Position numbers and translations under genes: made by a program
Shown here: piece by piece, positions 38,303 to 51,914 of the stretch
Position numbering within the stretch: the first letter of the stretch is position 1
How the letters are laid out: the number at the start of each line of letters is the position of its first letter
The notes under the pieces: generated by a model
Databases searched by the model: none
What the model saw: only the letters and a program-made list of their open reading frames with translations
What the model was told of the DNA's origin: nothing
From: Squalus acanthias
Lineage: Eukaryota
Direction of reading: 5' to 3'
Assembly (NCBI GenBank): GCA_030390025.1
Contig: CM059453.1
Span: 7,502,001-7,566,000 of the forward strand
Length of the DNA stretch: 64,000 nt

Positions 38303-40390
38303 CCTAGAATCAAAGAATCATAGAATAGGTTACAGCACTGAAGGAGGACATTCGGCCCGTCGAGCCCGTGCCAGCTCTCTGCAAGAGCACTTCAGCTAGT
38401 CCCACTACCCCCGCCCTTTCCCCATAGCCCTGCAATTCTTTTTTCCTTAAGTTACTCAGTCAGTTCCCTTTTGAAAGCCACGTTTGAATCTTCCTCCACC
38501 ACCCTTTCAGGCAGTGCATTGCAGATCATAACCACTCACTGCGTATAAAAAGTTTTTCCGCATGTCGCCTTTGATTCTTCTGCCAATCACCTTGAATCTG
38601 TGTCTGCTGGTTCTCGACACCTTTCGCCAATGGGAACAGTTTTTCTCCATCTACTCGATCTAGACCCCTCATGATTTTGAACACCTCTATCAAATCTCCT
38701 CTCAACCCTCTCTGCTCTAAGTAACTGAAGGCCCCCATCCATGGAAGCCTTCTTCTCATCTTTCCTGCACCCTCTCTATGTCTTTCACATCCTTCCTAAA
38801 GTGCAGTGCCCAGAATTGGACACAATACCTCAGTTGAGGCCGAACCTGTGTTGTTTAAATCTTCAGCATGACTTCCTAGCATTTGAACTCTAAGACTCCA
38901 GTTATGAAGCCCAGGATCCCGTAGACTTTTTAATTATTTAAACAGGATTTGCCTTTAACATGCCATTGCTGGCTTTCCTTAATTATTCCACACTTGTCTT
39001 AGTGACTGTTAATTTTGTTCCAGATTATTGTTTCTAAAAGCTTCCCCACTACCGAGGTTAAACTGACTGGCATGTAGTTGCTGGGTTTATCCTCACATTC
39101 TTTTTTGAACAAGGGTGTAACATTTGCAATTCTCCAGTACTCTGGCACCACCCGCATATCCAAGGAGGATCGAAAGATTATGGACAGTACCTCCGTGATT
39201 TCCACTTTTCCTTCTCTCAGCATCTTAGGATGCATCCCATCCGGTCTTGTTGACTTATCTACTTTAAGTACAGCCAGCCTTTCTAGTACCTCCTCCTTAT
39301 CAATATTTATCCCATCCAATAGCTAACTACTTCCTCTTTTACAACGAATTTGGCAGCATCTTCTTCCTTGTTAAAGGCAGATGCAAAATACTCATTTAGT
39401 TCCTCAGACATGCCCTCTGCCTCCATGCGTAGGTTTCCATCTTGTTCCCTAATCGGCCCCACCCCTCCTCTTACTACCCGTTTACTATTTATATGCCTAT
39501 TCAACACTTTTGGATTACCTTTTATGTTAGCTGCCAAACTATTCACATACTCTCTCTTTGCCCCTCTTATTTCCTTTTTCACTTCCCCTCTGAACTTTCA
39601 ATATTCAACCTGGTTCTCACTTGTATTCTCAACCTGACAGCTGTTATACGTGTCCTTTTTCTGCTTCATCTTACTCACTGTCTCTTTCGTCACCCAGGGA
39701 GCTCTGGCTTTGGTCGATCTACCTTTCCCCCTCGTAGGAATGTACCTCGACAGTACCCGAACCACCTCCTCTTTAAAGGCAACCCATTGTTCGATTACAG
39801 TTTTGCTTGCCAATATTTGATTCCAATTTACCCGGGCCAGATCCATACTCAACCCACTGAAATTGGCCTTCCTCCAATTAAGTATTTTACTCTAGATTGC
39901 TCCCTGTCCTTTTCCATTGCTAATCTAAACCTTATGATACTGTGATCACTATTCCCTAAATGTCCCCCTACTGACACTTAATCTACTTGACCCACCTCAT
40001 TCCCCAGAACCAGATCCAGCCATGCCTCCTTCCTCGTTGGGCCGGAAACATACGGATTAAGAAAGTTTTACTGAACAGACTACAGATATTCTTGCCACTC
40101 TCTGCCCGTTACACTATTACTATCCCAGTCTATATTAGGAAAGTTGAAGTCCCCCTTTATCAATACACTATATTTCTGGCACCTCCCTGTAATTTCCCTG
40201 CAAAGTTGCTCCTCTATATATTTCCCACTACTTGGTGGCCAAAAGAATAAAGCTAGAAGTGCAATGGCACCTCTATTATCACTCAACTCTAATCAAATAT
40301 ATTCTGTCGTTGGCCCCTCCAGGATATCCTTTCTCTCCAGTACTGTTATATTCTCCTTGTGCAGTTCTGCCACCCACCTCCTTTTTTTCC
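38303..40390 (-). mobile_element. CR1 with internal deletion of most of the RT core
   Basis: EN and linker ORFs at 39000-40286 join at ~38935 to the RT C-terminus and agaatcatagaa tail. Absent from the duplicate unit at ~43360. Confidence 0.85.
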
Positions 40391-40589
40391 TTCCCTTCCT
40401 CTTACACTCTAGAGAAATGTAAAGCTCTAATCTGTCCAAAACTAACTGATTGAGTTGTCTCAGCTTCATTCCTACTTTTCCCTGCTTCAGCGGATTTCTC
40501 TCTGAAAACTAAAACTTCTCCTTAGCTACCCCAACTGTATAATTCCATTTCACAAGCTCATCTATTATTAGCGTTAATGTCTCTATTTT

Positions 40590-41380
40590 ATCTAAAAGGT
40601 AATGCATTTGGGGAGCGCTAACAAGGAAAGGGAATATACATTAAATATTAGGACACTGAATAGTGTAGAGGAACAAAGGGACCTTGGAGTGCATGTCCAC
40701 AGATCCCTGAAGGAAGCAGGCCAGGTAGATAAGGTGGTTAAGATGGGTAACGGAATGCTTGCCTTTATTAGCCGTGGCATAGAGCACAAGAGCAGGGGGG
40801 TTATGCTTCAACTGTACAAAACACTATTTAGGCCTCAGCTAGAGTACTGCGTGCAGTTCTGGTCACCACATTACAGGAAATATGTGATTGCACTCGAGAG
40901 GTTACAGAGGAGATGTACAAGGATGTTGCCAGGAGTAGAGAATCTTAGCAATGAGGAAAGACTGGATAGGCTGGGTCTGTTTTCCTTGTAACAGAGGAGG
41001 CTGACGGGAGACCTTACTGAGGTGTATAAAATTATGAGGGGCACAGATAAAGTGGATAGAAAGGACCTATTTCTCTTAGCAGAAGGGTCAAAAACCAGGG
41101 GACACAGATTTGAAGTAATTGGTGGAAGGTTTAGAGGGATTTGAGGGGAAATTTCTTCACCCAAAGGGTTGTGGGGGCCTGGAACTCACTGCCTGCAAGG
41201 GTGGTAGAGGCAGGAACACTAACCACCTTTAAAAAGTACTTGGGCTGCTGTAAACTTCAGCGCTACGGACCAAGAGCTGGGAAGTGGGATTAGGCTGGAT
41301 AGCTCTTTATTGGCCGGCGCGGACACGATTGGCCGAAATAGCCTCCTCCCGTGCTGTAACTTGCTATGATTCTATGATTC
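40590..41380 (+). mobile_element. CR1 3' fragment
   Basis: LYKTLFRPQLEYCVQFWSPHY; (ctatgatt)n tail. Confidence 0.9.
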
Positions 41381-43959
41381 TAAAAAGAAAGACATTGCAT
41401 TTATATCGCGCTTTTCACGACCACCGAACTTCCCAATGTGCTTTACAGCCAGTGAAGTTCTTTTGAATTGTAGCAATTTTGCAATGTAAGAAACGCGGCA
41501 TCCAATTAGCGCTCAGCAAGTTCCCACAAACAGCAACGTGTTGCCTAGGCCCTAAGCTCTGGAATTCCCTGCATAATCCTCTCCGCCTCGCTACCTCACT
41601 TTCCTCCTTTAAGACGCTCCTTAAAACCTACCTCTTTGATCAAGCTTTTGGTCACCTGCTCTAATTTATCCTTATGTGGCTCGGAGTCAATTTTTTTGTC
41701 TTAAAATACTCTTGTGCAGCGCCTTGGTTCGTTTTACGACGTTAAAGGCGCTATATCAATACAAGTTGTTGTTATTGATGTTGTTGAATAAATTAGGGAA
41801 TTTGGTACAGATTCATGCCCCAGTTTGGTTTTAGTGACTAGTTTAGGGACATTTTTTCTCACCCAGGTATCAGTTATGTTTTTGCCTAGTTTTGGGATGT
41901 GTGTTTAGTTCTGAGACCCAGTTTGTGTTTAATACTGCCGGTTCATATGAAGCATCTTCAGATTCTCACACACTGTTCTCTTTTGATGTGCTGCTCCGCG
42001 GTGGGTTTGTTTACGCCTAGTGCGTGTACCAGCTCCAGAGCAGAGGCGTGCAGACCTCGTTTCTATTTAGAGCCCAAATAGTTGTGGTGACTGCAGGCCA
42101 TCTGTGACGTCTTAGGGTGTAAATTATTTTGGACAATTGAACCAGAATGAGGTTAATTGTGGTCAGGCAGCATCCGGTTATACATTGTGCTGTATTGTGA
42201 AATGACCTATAATGTTTGCAGCTGCATGTTTAAGCTGTAATGTAAAGTGAGAGCCCACAGCATCCATATTAATAATATATCGACATAACAAATAATACCT
42301 GCTGATAATTATCTCGCTATTAATTAATCAGCTGTGACTGAAAGTCCAGAGACTTGAGCACACATTCTAGGTTGACACATCAGTGCAGTGCTGGACTGTC
42401 GGAGCTGCTGTGTTTAAGATGAAACGATAAAGCATGGCCCGGTCCGTCCTCTTAGGTCGCCCTAAAATGAAAGCCTGCCACTATTTCGAAGAAGAGCAGC
42501 AAAGATCTTGCCTTTGTCCTGGGCCAATACTAATCCTTCAACCAACATCACCATAACAAATTACCCGGCCATTATCAGATAGTTGTTTCTGGGAGCTTGC
42601 TGTGCTCAAATTGTTTGCCACGTTTCATACATTACAAAAGTGACTACACATCAAAAGTACTTCATTGGCTGTAAAATGTTTTGGGTCGTCCTGAGGTGAT
42701 GAAAGGCTCAATATAAATATAACTTGTTTCTTCCATTGTATGTTCCACGTTCTCCACTTAGATGTTGCTGCTTGAGATGTTATTAACAAATCGATAACAT
42801 CTTTATGCCATAATTACAACCTCTCCTGTACTAATACAAGGTGCAAATTTATTCGATTAAACAGATGAAAAACTTTGTATTCACTTTCAGGCGCTGGCCG
42901 ACCCGCGGTGTTTTTCAATATTTTATATATTTTTTTATGAATTTATTGCCTCTTCTGGGATCGTAAATTTGTTTTCAAACAGAGACAAAAGGCATATCTG
43001 GTTCTTTAATCAGATTCTAAGTATTGGAAACTGGCCCACTCCCACCCACAACATATTCCACCGCCCACCTCTTAGCAGTCTACTGCAACCCATTAGGCAA
43101 TGAGGTCAGACATTGCATTTCACATTGGACTAGGCATACATTAATACCAGTAAGGCAGCGTTTTTCTGAATAATTTGCACAATGTTGCAGGAAAGGGCGG
43201 TTAAGATGGCTTGGGTAGGATGTGGAATATTAATGGGTATCTCTTGCGCCCTGCACCCTCATCGTGGTGAATTCAGGGTTCGTCACATCACCTCCCACTC
43301 CAACCCTGTTGTTACACAAGTTCTCAAAACAGTGAAGCTCTTCCATACGCCCCTCTCCAATCTTCCCTTCCTCTTACAATCTAGAGATATTTAAAGCCAT
43401 AAACTGTACTAATCAAACTGCTTGAGTTGTCTCAACTTCATTCCTACTTCACTGGGTTTCTCAGTGAAAAGTAAAACGTCTGCTTATCTATCCAGAATGA
43501 CATCCTTCCTTTCGCAAGTTCAATTCTTTCTACAATTACTTTCCCTATTTGTTTCTTATCTTTTCCTGTTCACTGAGGCTTTTGTTTACTCTCTCTCGCA
43601 CGCTGTCTTCCTCTCCCTTTCTCTCTCTCTCACTCTCCGTATCTGTCTCAGTTTAGTAACGATGGCATGGAGTTTGCGCTAGGGGCGCAATCAGGAAAAT
43701 GCGCCCAGAATGCGCTGGACACTGCATCGGCTTTGCCGAGGTGAAGTTACGATCAAGAGTACACGAGAACTCATTAGCATATGCCCAGGCATAAACTTCC
43801 CCATGAATCAGCGAGCAGCGTAATTGATCAGAATCGACTTGTGACTGGAACAGGGACATTTCTACAGCATCACAAAGCGGATCAGCTATCCGAGGAAATA
43901 AGCCTCTCTGATTGGTCAATGAGGGTGACGTCTCACCAGTGAAATTCAAATGGCCAAAA

Positions 43960-44580
43960 GTGCTCCCTTTTTAAAGACGCACGAACAATATACTACAAAT
44001 TGTCAGTGATTGACAGGAAAAACATTGTTACATTATAACATTACTGGCCGGGTCGACTATGCACTCCAGTCCCTCCATTACCCACTGGTCGCGGAATGCC
44101 TCAACCGTACCTGCGAACACCGCGTGTTCCCTCTTCAATAACACCTGGCTGCGGACAATGCTGCGGAGGCAGGCATTCGGACCGAATGATCGCCTCGACC
44201 ACGTTCTGAATGGATCTGTTAATGGCCATCTTGGTAAGGCCGAGGATCACACCCACGGGAGTTCCACCGACCAGCCCGCCCACCCACTCACCGTCTGGAC
44301 AAAGATCAGGAACGTGGGACACAAGTGCAGCCGGAAATTGGCGACCAGCTCCTTCAAACAGTGGCAGAAAGGCTGCAACCTTTCACACTGCAGATTGATG
44401 TGAAACACGGACTCTTCCATGCCGCGAAAATGCAGGCAACCTGGGAGACCGCGAATCTGTTTCGATACCTGTTCAGCTGACTGCCCCGTGCATTACTCTC
44501 CACGCCAGATCCCAGATGGAACAGCGAAGATCTCCCACGTGGAGAGATCTCCGCCGGCTACCTGTTCCTCCGCCGAATAG
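43960..44580 (-). mobile_element. Tx1/L1-clade non-LTR element, 3' end
   Basis: Minus frames give EESVFHINLQCERLQPF (CCHC-knuckle region), LGLTKMAINRS and REHAVFAGTVEAFRDQW..GLECIVDP. Confidence 0.7.
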
Positions 44581-45219
44581 CAAAACGAGCCAAATTTCTA
44601 ACTGATTTAATGCTCTTGTCTTCAATTGACTGCTGGTACGTCTTGGTACATAAGACCTGTGACCGGCAGTCTCTTGGAATCACACTCGTGTGCCCTGCTC
44701 TCTTCTAAGTGAATGAATGTAGATGCATTTAAAAGGAATGTATCGTAATAGCATCAGAAGGAGAAAGACAACAGTGCCCAGCTTCATTGTTTGCTGGTCC
44801 TGGCAGATACACTTCAATAACGCTGGATTGCTGTGACCACCGTTGCCTGCACGCCCAAGTTTCTGGGCACAATCTGATGAACATCTCCAAACGGATGCAC
44901 TCTGCTGAAACAGGCCCAATTTTGTCAGCTGGTCTCCTTCTGTCGAATGGCGAATGGGGAGGAGACGATGGTTGTGGAAGAAGGGCAGGGTTGAGAAGTA
45001 GTTGAAAGGGAGAGGGGATCGCGATGTTGGTGTGGGGGGAAGAACACATACAGAATAAGGGACCCACAAAGTGATCCGATGCAGAACAGGAGCTAAATAA
45101 ATGGCGGAAGTTAAAATAGTGTAAACCGAAAGAGAAAAGAGCTCTAGCCCGTTCAATTTTTCCTGATAGATATAACCTTCCGATTCCACCCAGATTTTGC
45201 TGATATCTGTGCGTAAGTC

Positions 45220-45485
45220 ATGGGAAGGGGAGGGCGGGACTGGGGAGGGGAGAAGGGGAAGGGGAGGAATGGGCTGGAGGTGAGGGAGGTGGGGAAGTGT
45301 GTGGACCAGATTTGAAAGAGAGGAGTGGGAGGGGAGAATGTGATGGGGAGTTGGGGGATAGGGAGGAGGGGAGGAGAGGAGATTGGGTGGAGGGGAAGGG
45401 TGAAAGGGAAAGGAAGGTGGAAAGAGGCGGAGAGGAGGGGAGAAGGAAAGTGTGGGGCCGAGGGGAGGGGGATGGAGTAGGGAAA
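45220..45485 (+). repeat. G/A-rich low-complexity tract
   Basis: Dense GGG/GGGG runs, almost all purine. Confidence 0.85.
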
Positions 45486-45515
45486 GACCACATACAGATA
45501 AAATGACCTGTGAAG

Positions 45516-46869
45516 TGCAAGGTTTCCAAAATTTGCAGATCCCCAAAACCTAAGGAAAAAGGACTTTGGACCAACCCCAGAGTGATAAAAATGCATGTGG
45601 GCCTAACAGAATTAATTGAAGACCAAAAACCAAGTTTTGGCATTTTAAAAACATGTCTGGGCCTGTAAAGGGAGAAAAGGCTGTGAAGGAATTTGAGGTC
45701 AAAACCTCAGTTTTGGACATTTTTAAGGATCAGGGAAGAAAAGCCCTGAGGAAAAATGACTTTGGATGAAACCCTGCAGTCACAGAATCAATATAGGCTG
45801 CGGGGAGGGGGTGGTGAGGCAGTGACAGCTTTTGGTTATTGGGGCCCAGTCAAGCTGTCTGGAAGATTTTTGCACTGCAATCCAACAAAGGAGGATGAGC
45901 CTCATCCAAAACCTCACAAACACATTCAAAAATGAATAATCCAAGACCCCTTTTGAATTCCCCAGGCCCAAACAGAATGCTAGAAGCATGAAAATAATCG
46001 GAAGCCATCAGGACAAGTTAACACCAAGTTAAAATCATCAAACTTAACGAGCCCGACAAAACCTAAGAAAATAGAATGAACAGGCCTCAACTGAAACCTA
46101 AATCACTTCAACACAAAACCGGTTTAGTAAAGCGGTTTTGGCGCGAAAAACACAATAAGGCCACTTCAATTTAGTATAATTGAAGGCCCATCAAACAGTT
46201 ACAGTTCATGTTCAACACAAGGCAGTTCTGCAGTTCAATCAAAAAGCCTGTTTTCAGCAAGAAGTCAGGGCTGGAGTTACAGAGTTCAGTTTAAGCAGGC
46301 AGAAGGCAGTTTCCACAGTTCTGCAAGAAGGCAGTTCCACAGCTCGGAAGAAGACAGTTTAAACAGAGGCAGAGTTACAGCAAGAAGTTCAACAAAGAAG
46401 GCCAACAACTTCACAAGCAGACTGACACGCAAGAAGAAACCCGAGCGAGTGCCTCAGTGACCATCGGACACCTCGCGGCAACAAGGGCCTTACGAAACCT
46501 TTTACTCAAAATACTCTAAACCCTAACTCTCAACTGTCAAGGATTAATTTGGTGAGCATTATCCCTGGTTCTCCAGAGTCCAACCTAGCTCGTGAAGTGG
46601 GATTGGGAGGGGCGAAGTATTCTTCTATTGTTATTTCCCTCGCCTGTACTGCGTGTTCCCCAACCTGTGTTTAAGTGTTAAGTGTGTTTTAACTTTGTTA
46701 CCTTTTTCTTTTAATAAAGTCAAAATTCTTTCATCAGAGCCTGTTGCCTGCTGCATCTTTGTTCACAACCCCTAAATAAGTCCAAGGTCTAGAACCAGGG
46801 GCGAAGGAGTGATTCGAACCGCTCACTGAGTCAGAGGTGGGGCTGACCCCTACCACAAAACCCCCTACA
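45516..46869 (+). mobile_element. Solo LTR, ~1.35 kb (ERV- or Gypsy-like)
   Basis: TG...CCCCTACA termini; GAAG TSD at 45512-45515 and 46870-46873; AATAAA ~46713. The rejoined flanks match the uninterrupted paralog at ~45040-45150. Confidence 0.75.
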
Positions 46870-49586
46870 GAAGTGATTAGGTGGAGAACAGGAGCGGATT
46901 TAATGACAGAAGTTATAGTAGCGTAAAATGAAAGTAGAAATAAGTAGACCAAAGGGAATCTTCCCATTAAATGTTCCCTGGGTAAATTTATTTCCTAGAA
47001 AGTGGCTTGAAAGTGGAAGTCGCTACCACATGGAGTAGTTGAGGGGCATTGCATAGATTAATTTAAGGGGGAGCTAGATAAGCTCAAGAGGGAAAAAAAG
47101 AATATTAGGTTATGCTAATAGCCTGAAAGGAAGAGCGTTGGAAGGAGGCTCGTGTGAGCCATGTACTAGTTGGTCAGTATGGCCGCTTTCGGTGCTGTGA
47201 ACACAATGTAAATGGACACTGTCAGTAACACACAGAGATAATCTTCCCACTATAGTAGTACCATCAGGAACACATAAATCATGCGCTTAGTATGAAATGA
47301 AATTATATAAACTACACCCGTTGCAAATGACATTGCTGGATTGGTCGACATGACAACACCCGGGTCCGGTATGACTCTGCCAGTATTGATCAGTTGGACT
47401 GATGTCAGGTGGTGGAGCATACTGCCCGCAGAATTTATTTCATTACCCGCTGGATTTACCCTTTGAACTGAAATGAAAATGACAAACCAATGCAATGGGG
47501 TGTAATTTTCTGGTGTTGGAACTGAAACATTTAGAGCTGTGACAAGGAACCAGATTGCAAAAATGTTTCATTCAGGCATTACATTTACAAAATGCGAATA
47601 CAATACAAATTGTCCATTACTCCAATGGATTCCTATCCCTGTCCTCAGTACCTTTGGCACGAGAATATTTTGCACACCGCCACACGTGCTTTCTGAAGGG
47701 TGCATTCTAATCCTACCTCCTATCCCTTTCTAATCAATTGTGCATTTGCGAAATATGCCTACATGTCGCAAAGTCACCTCAGGAAGTGATAAAGTCAAAC
47801 AATTTATTAAGTAAATCAGCGAAGTTCGCTGGGAAGAGAACTGCTGGGAGCTGGGATTAGACCAACACTTCTTCCAACAACCTCACAACAACAAAGTAAA
47901 AAACTTGCTTTTATATATCGCCTTTTACGACCTCAAGACATCCCAAATCGCTTTACAGCCAATGAAATACGTTTGAAGTGTGGTCACTGTTGTAGTGTAT
48001 GGAAATTGTCAGTCATATTGCACGGAGCAAATCCCACATACCAACAGCGTGATAATGTCCAGAAGTCTGCTTTAGTGATTTTTGATTGAGGCAATTAGGG
48101 ACGGGCAATAAATGCTGGCCTTGCTAGAGACTCCCACCTCCCAGGAACGAATAAACAATAAATTTTTAAAAATATTGAATGTAAGTATTTGTGAGTGGCT
48201 GAAAATAACTTGGATACAGCGAACAGCTCACCAGAGATTTCTGTAGAATGTTAGTGATGCATGTTTTTTCCAATTAGATAGTTGCATTTCATTTCCTGGA
48301 ATCGGCGTTAAAATATAACTTTCCCTTGACTGTTTGGAGTAAATCTGTAATGTGAAAGCAAATCGAGACTGTCTAGTCAACCCACAGCAAACAACCTCGA
48401 TGTCTCCAATCACACAAAGTAAATTGGGCGACTCGCTCAGGGTGACAGGGGCTCCAGATGGAAGAAAGTAATAGCAATCCAGCAGTTGGCGCTTTTCTCA
48501 AATTGGTTCAGTAGCACCTTTACTGCGAACCTCAATCTCCATCGAACACTAACATTAATAATATTGCATTCCCCAGAACTGAACTCTAAAACTTTCAAGA
48601 TTACAGATTCCACACAAACATCCAAAATATTGTGGGAAACCCAATCAATGTTATGTGTGTAAATACTAAGTTCACAATTTAATAATCAGAGGCTCCATCA
48701 TTTGCACTATATATATATATGTTCGGTGCACATCTTTTGAAGTAACGCATCCGTCCAGCACAAAGGGAAGATATTTAAAAAAATACATCTCGTAAAGAAA
48801 GTGAAATTGGTTGTCCTTTCTTGCAGATTGAAAGGTGAGGCTCATTGCTCGGTATATTATATACAGATACCAGTCTGAGCCTCCACCCATTCTGAAAACT
48901 CCACAAGTTCTGCCAGGAGAAGTATGGTTTTGTTTTTTGTTTCTGGGATGTCACCGGCAAGGCCAGCATTTATTGACCATCCCTAATTGTCCTTGAGAAG
49001 GTGGTGGTGAGCCGACTTCTTGAACCGCTGTTCTTTACAACTGAGTGGCTTGCCAGGTAATTTCAGAGGGCAGTTAAGAGTCAACCACATTGCTGTGAGT
49101 CAGGAGTCACATATTGGCCAGACCAGGTAAGGACGGCAGGTTTTCTTTCCGAAAGGATATTAGTGAACCAGATGGGTTTTTACAACAACCTGATAGTTTC
49201 AGGGTCACCATTATCTGATACTAGCTTTTACATTCTCGATTTATTTTTTAACTGTTAAAATTCCACAGCTGCAGTGGTGCGATTTGTACTCACGTCTTCT
49301 AGATCATTAACCAGACTTTAGCATTACTAGTTCAGTAACAAAACCACTATGCTACCGTTCCCGATTAAATTATGCATTCATTGGATTGATTATAAAGGTG
49401 CAGCTAACGCGCTGAATTGTTAACTGTGGAATAAGTAATAAGCTACTAAACTGCAGTAACATCGGCTGCTTAATATTTAACTGGACTGTGACAGGATCTC
49501 CTTGAGAGTGTAACACCAAACACATATGTTTCCATACATCGCAACTGATTGATACAAACTCGTTTCATACAGGAATGTTTTTTTAG

Positions 49587-49880
49587 ATAAACCCGGAATA
49601 TTATCAAGTCCGAGCTGTACCAGCGCTGAGAATTAGACTGATTGTATCTGCAGCGTTTGAAGCAACCATTCCCGCCCAGCAAACCTCACTTTGGTCCATA
49701 ATGGGAGAGTCATCACTGGAAACAGGTCAGATGTCGAATGCATCTCCTGGGCAGTGAACAGTCACGTGGTGCAGCGTTCCCTAAGAATGGGTCACTCAAC
49801 TGAAACAGTAAAACTGATCTCATGTGTTGCAGTTAACGAGCACAATGTTAGTGTCAGCAAATATCTGCTACATTCAGCAG
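49587..49880 (+). pseudogene. Orphan membrane-proximal C2 pseudo-exon
   Basis: ttttag|ATAAACCC; homologous to 3828-4115 (NGRVITGNRSDVECISWAVNSH). TAG at 49634, TGA at 49658, and the donor is mutated to GG. Confidence 0.88.
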
Positions 49881-50289
49881 GGAAATTCTGAGTTCACCTG
49901 TAATTCAGATCATGTATAGATCTGGTCCATCACGAACAGACACTACCTGAATGGTATTATTGGCAGCAAAAAACAACTCAATTCAGCAGGAAAATATTGA
50001 GTTTATCTGGAATTTAGATACTTGAAGGGGAGCTGGTCCATTAATGGCCGCTCACAGACTGAAGGCTGTGATCGGAATGATCCCTTTCAAATTTTAGTTT
50101 CCCATCTGTTTGTAATTCTTAATATAGGAAGAACGTAATTAAACAACTGGGAGAGCCTCTGACCTTTAATAACATACACCGTTCTGAATTAAGTTAAAAC
50201 CTTAAGAAAATCAGGTTTTCTCCTACGATAATGTTGGAAAAAAAATGCAATCTATCGATTCATTGCTAAGTAGTGAAGTCACCAATTCC

Positions 50290-51068
50290 AGATGGGATGC
50301 ATAAAATTTTTAAATACTGAGAAACAACTAAATGTTGGTGTTCATAGAGATTTAGTTATCCTCGTACAGTAAAAACAGAGAGTTAGCAAGCAGGTACAGC
50401 AAGCAATTAGGAAGGCAAATGGCATGTTGGCATTTATTGCAAGGGCTTGGATTACAATGGTAAGGAGGTCTTGCTACAATTGTACAGGGATTAGGTGAGA
50501 CCACATCTGGAGTATTGAGCACAGTTTTGGTCTCCCTATCTGAGGAAGGATATACTTACATTTGAGGCAGTGCAAAGAAGAATCACTAAATTGATTCCTG
50601 GGATGAGAGGGTTGTCCTCTGTGGAGAGATTGAGTAGATTGGGCCTATATTTCTGGAATTTAGAAGAATGAGAGGTGATCTAATTGAAACATATACGTTT
50701 CTGAGGGGGATTGTCAGGGAAGATGATCAGAGATTGTTTCTCCTTACTGGGGAGTCTAGAACTTGGAGGCACAGTCTTAGGATAAGGGGTCGGCCATTTC
50801 AGACTGAGATAAGGAGACATTTCTTAACTCAGATGGCTGTGAATCTTTGGAATTCTCTACCCCAGAGTTCTGTGAATGCTGAAACGTTGAATATATTCAA
50901 GGCTGAGATCCATCGAATTTTTAAACTCAAGGGGTATCAAGGGATATGGGGGATCAGGCTGGAAAATGGAGTTAAGGTCAAAGATCAGCCATGGTCTTAT
51001 TGAATGGCAGAGCAGGCTCGAGGGGCCGTATGGCCTACTGCTGCTCCTATTTCTTTTCTTCTTATGTA
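50290..51068 (+). mobile_element. CR1 3' fragment
   Basis: MRGDLIETYTFLRG..NLWNSLPQ plus 3' tail. Confidence 0.9.
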
Positions 51069-51914
51069 TTTGAAATATTTCCTCTTGTCTCTGTGTTTTA
51101 CAGAGTGTGGAAATATTGGAAAATTCCTTCTAATGTATGTGATTTAAGGGAGCTGCAGATATAGTTGGAAGATTAACTCTGGTACATGTGTTGCAGTGGC
51201 AGTGTCCATTTAGTAGGAAGATTCTCGCTGCATTATATTTTGGTGAACAATCTCCTGATCAGCCTTAGTCTTCACACAAATTGCTACACTATTTGGGGCA
51301 CGTGACTGCTTGTGACTGCAACTTAGTCACCAGGGCTGCTATTTATTGCAGGTGCTATAATTTTCTATGAGGATTTCATCCCTTTTTATCTCTTTGTTCT
51401 ATTGAACACTACTACCCGTCTCACTGGTTGTCATTTTATAGTACAGACTGATGATCATAGCACTTAACAATCAGAGCCAAAAGTCATTATTTTCTTTTTT
51501 ATCACGGAGTAGAATCCAAAGACCAAAGAGAACTGCACAAGCTACACTAATTCTATGTGGCCCATTGTCCGCCTATTTATATCATCAATGTTCTTTAATT
51601 TTCACAGCATTGGCGATTTCATAAGGAAGAATGCCAGTCTCATTTATAAAGAGACATTCAGTTATTAATGGTGAAGAGGACACAGAAAACCAAACACACC
51701 TGGTGACTTACAGCATTGACTTCAACTGGAGGCCTGCTGAGCGGTCCTGGTGTCCTCTGCAAGAAAAAACGACGAATGGCAGAGGAGGACACTCGTAGTG
51801 GTGATACAGTTGACTAACTCAATAAACTGCCTGATGTTTGTACTGACTTATTGGGCTGGAAATTGTGGTTGCAGTCTTCTCAATGGTGAAAGCCTCCCAA
51901 CAGCAAGTAATCTC

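Larger units (their letters stand above)
36545..43560. repeat. Diverged local duplication of a ~1.8-kb unit
   Basis: ~36545-38302 plus ~40390-40580 align with ~41800-43560 (shared ctgccggttcatatgaagcatcttc, SINE, cccactcccac..acatattccacc). Confidence 0.8.

Noticed and set aside
43660-43945. CpG-rich patch with octamer-like, CCAAT and CRE-like motifs
   Set aside because: No associated exon or RNA gene visible; short motifs alone are insufficient.
44680-45643. Long Pro/Ser/Leu-rich ORFs up to 288 aa
   Set aside because: Artefact of the G/A-rich low-complexity tract.
51290-51375. Hydrophobic stretch PGLLFIAGAIIFY as the TM exon of the orphan gene
   Set aside because: No adjacent splice sites and no clear homology to 8411-8504.
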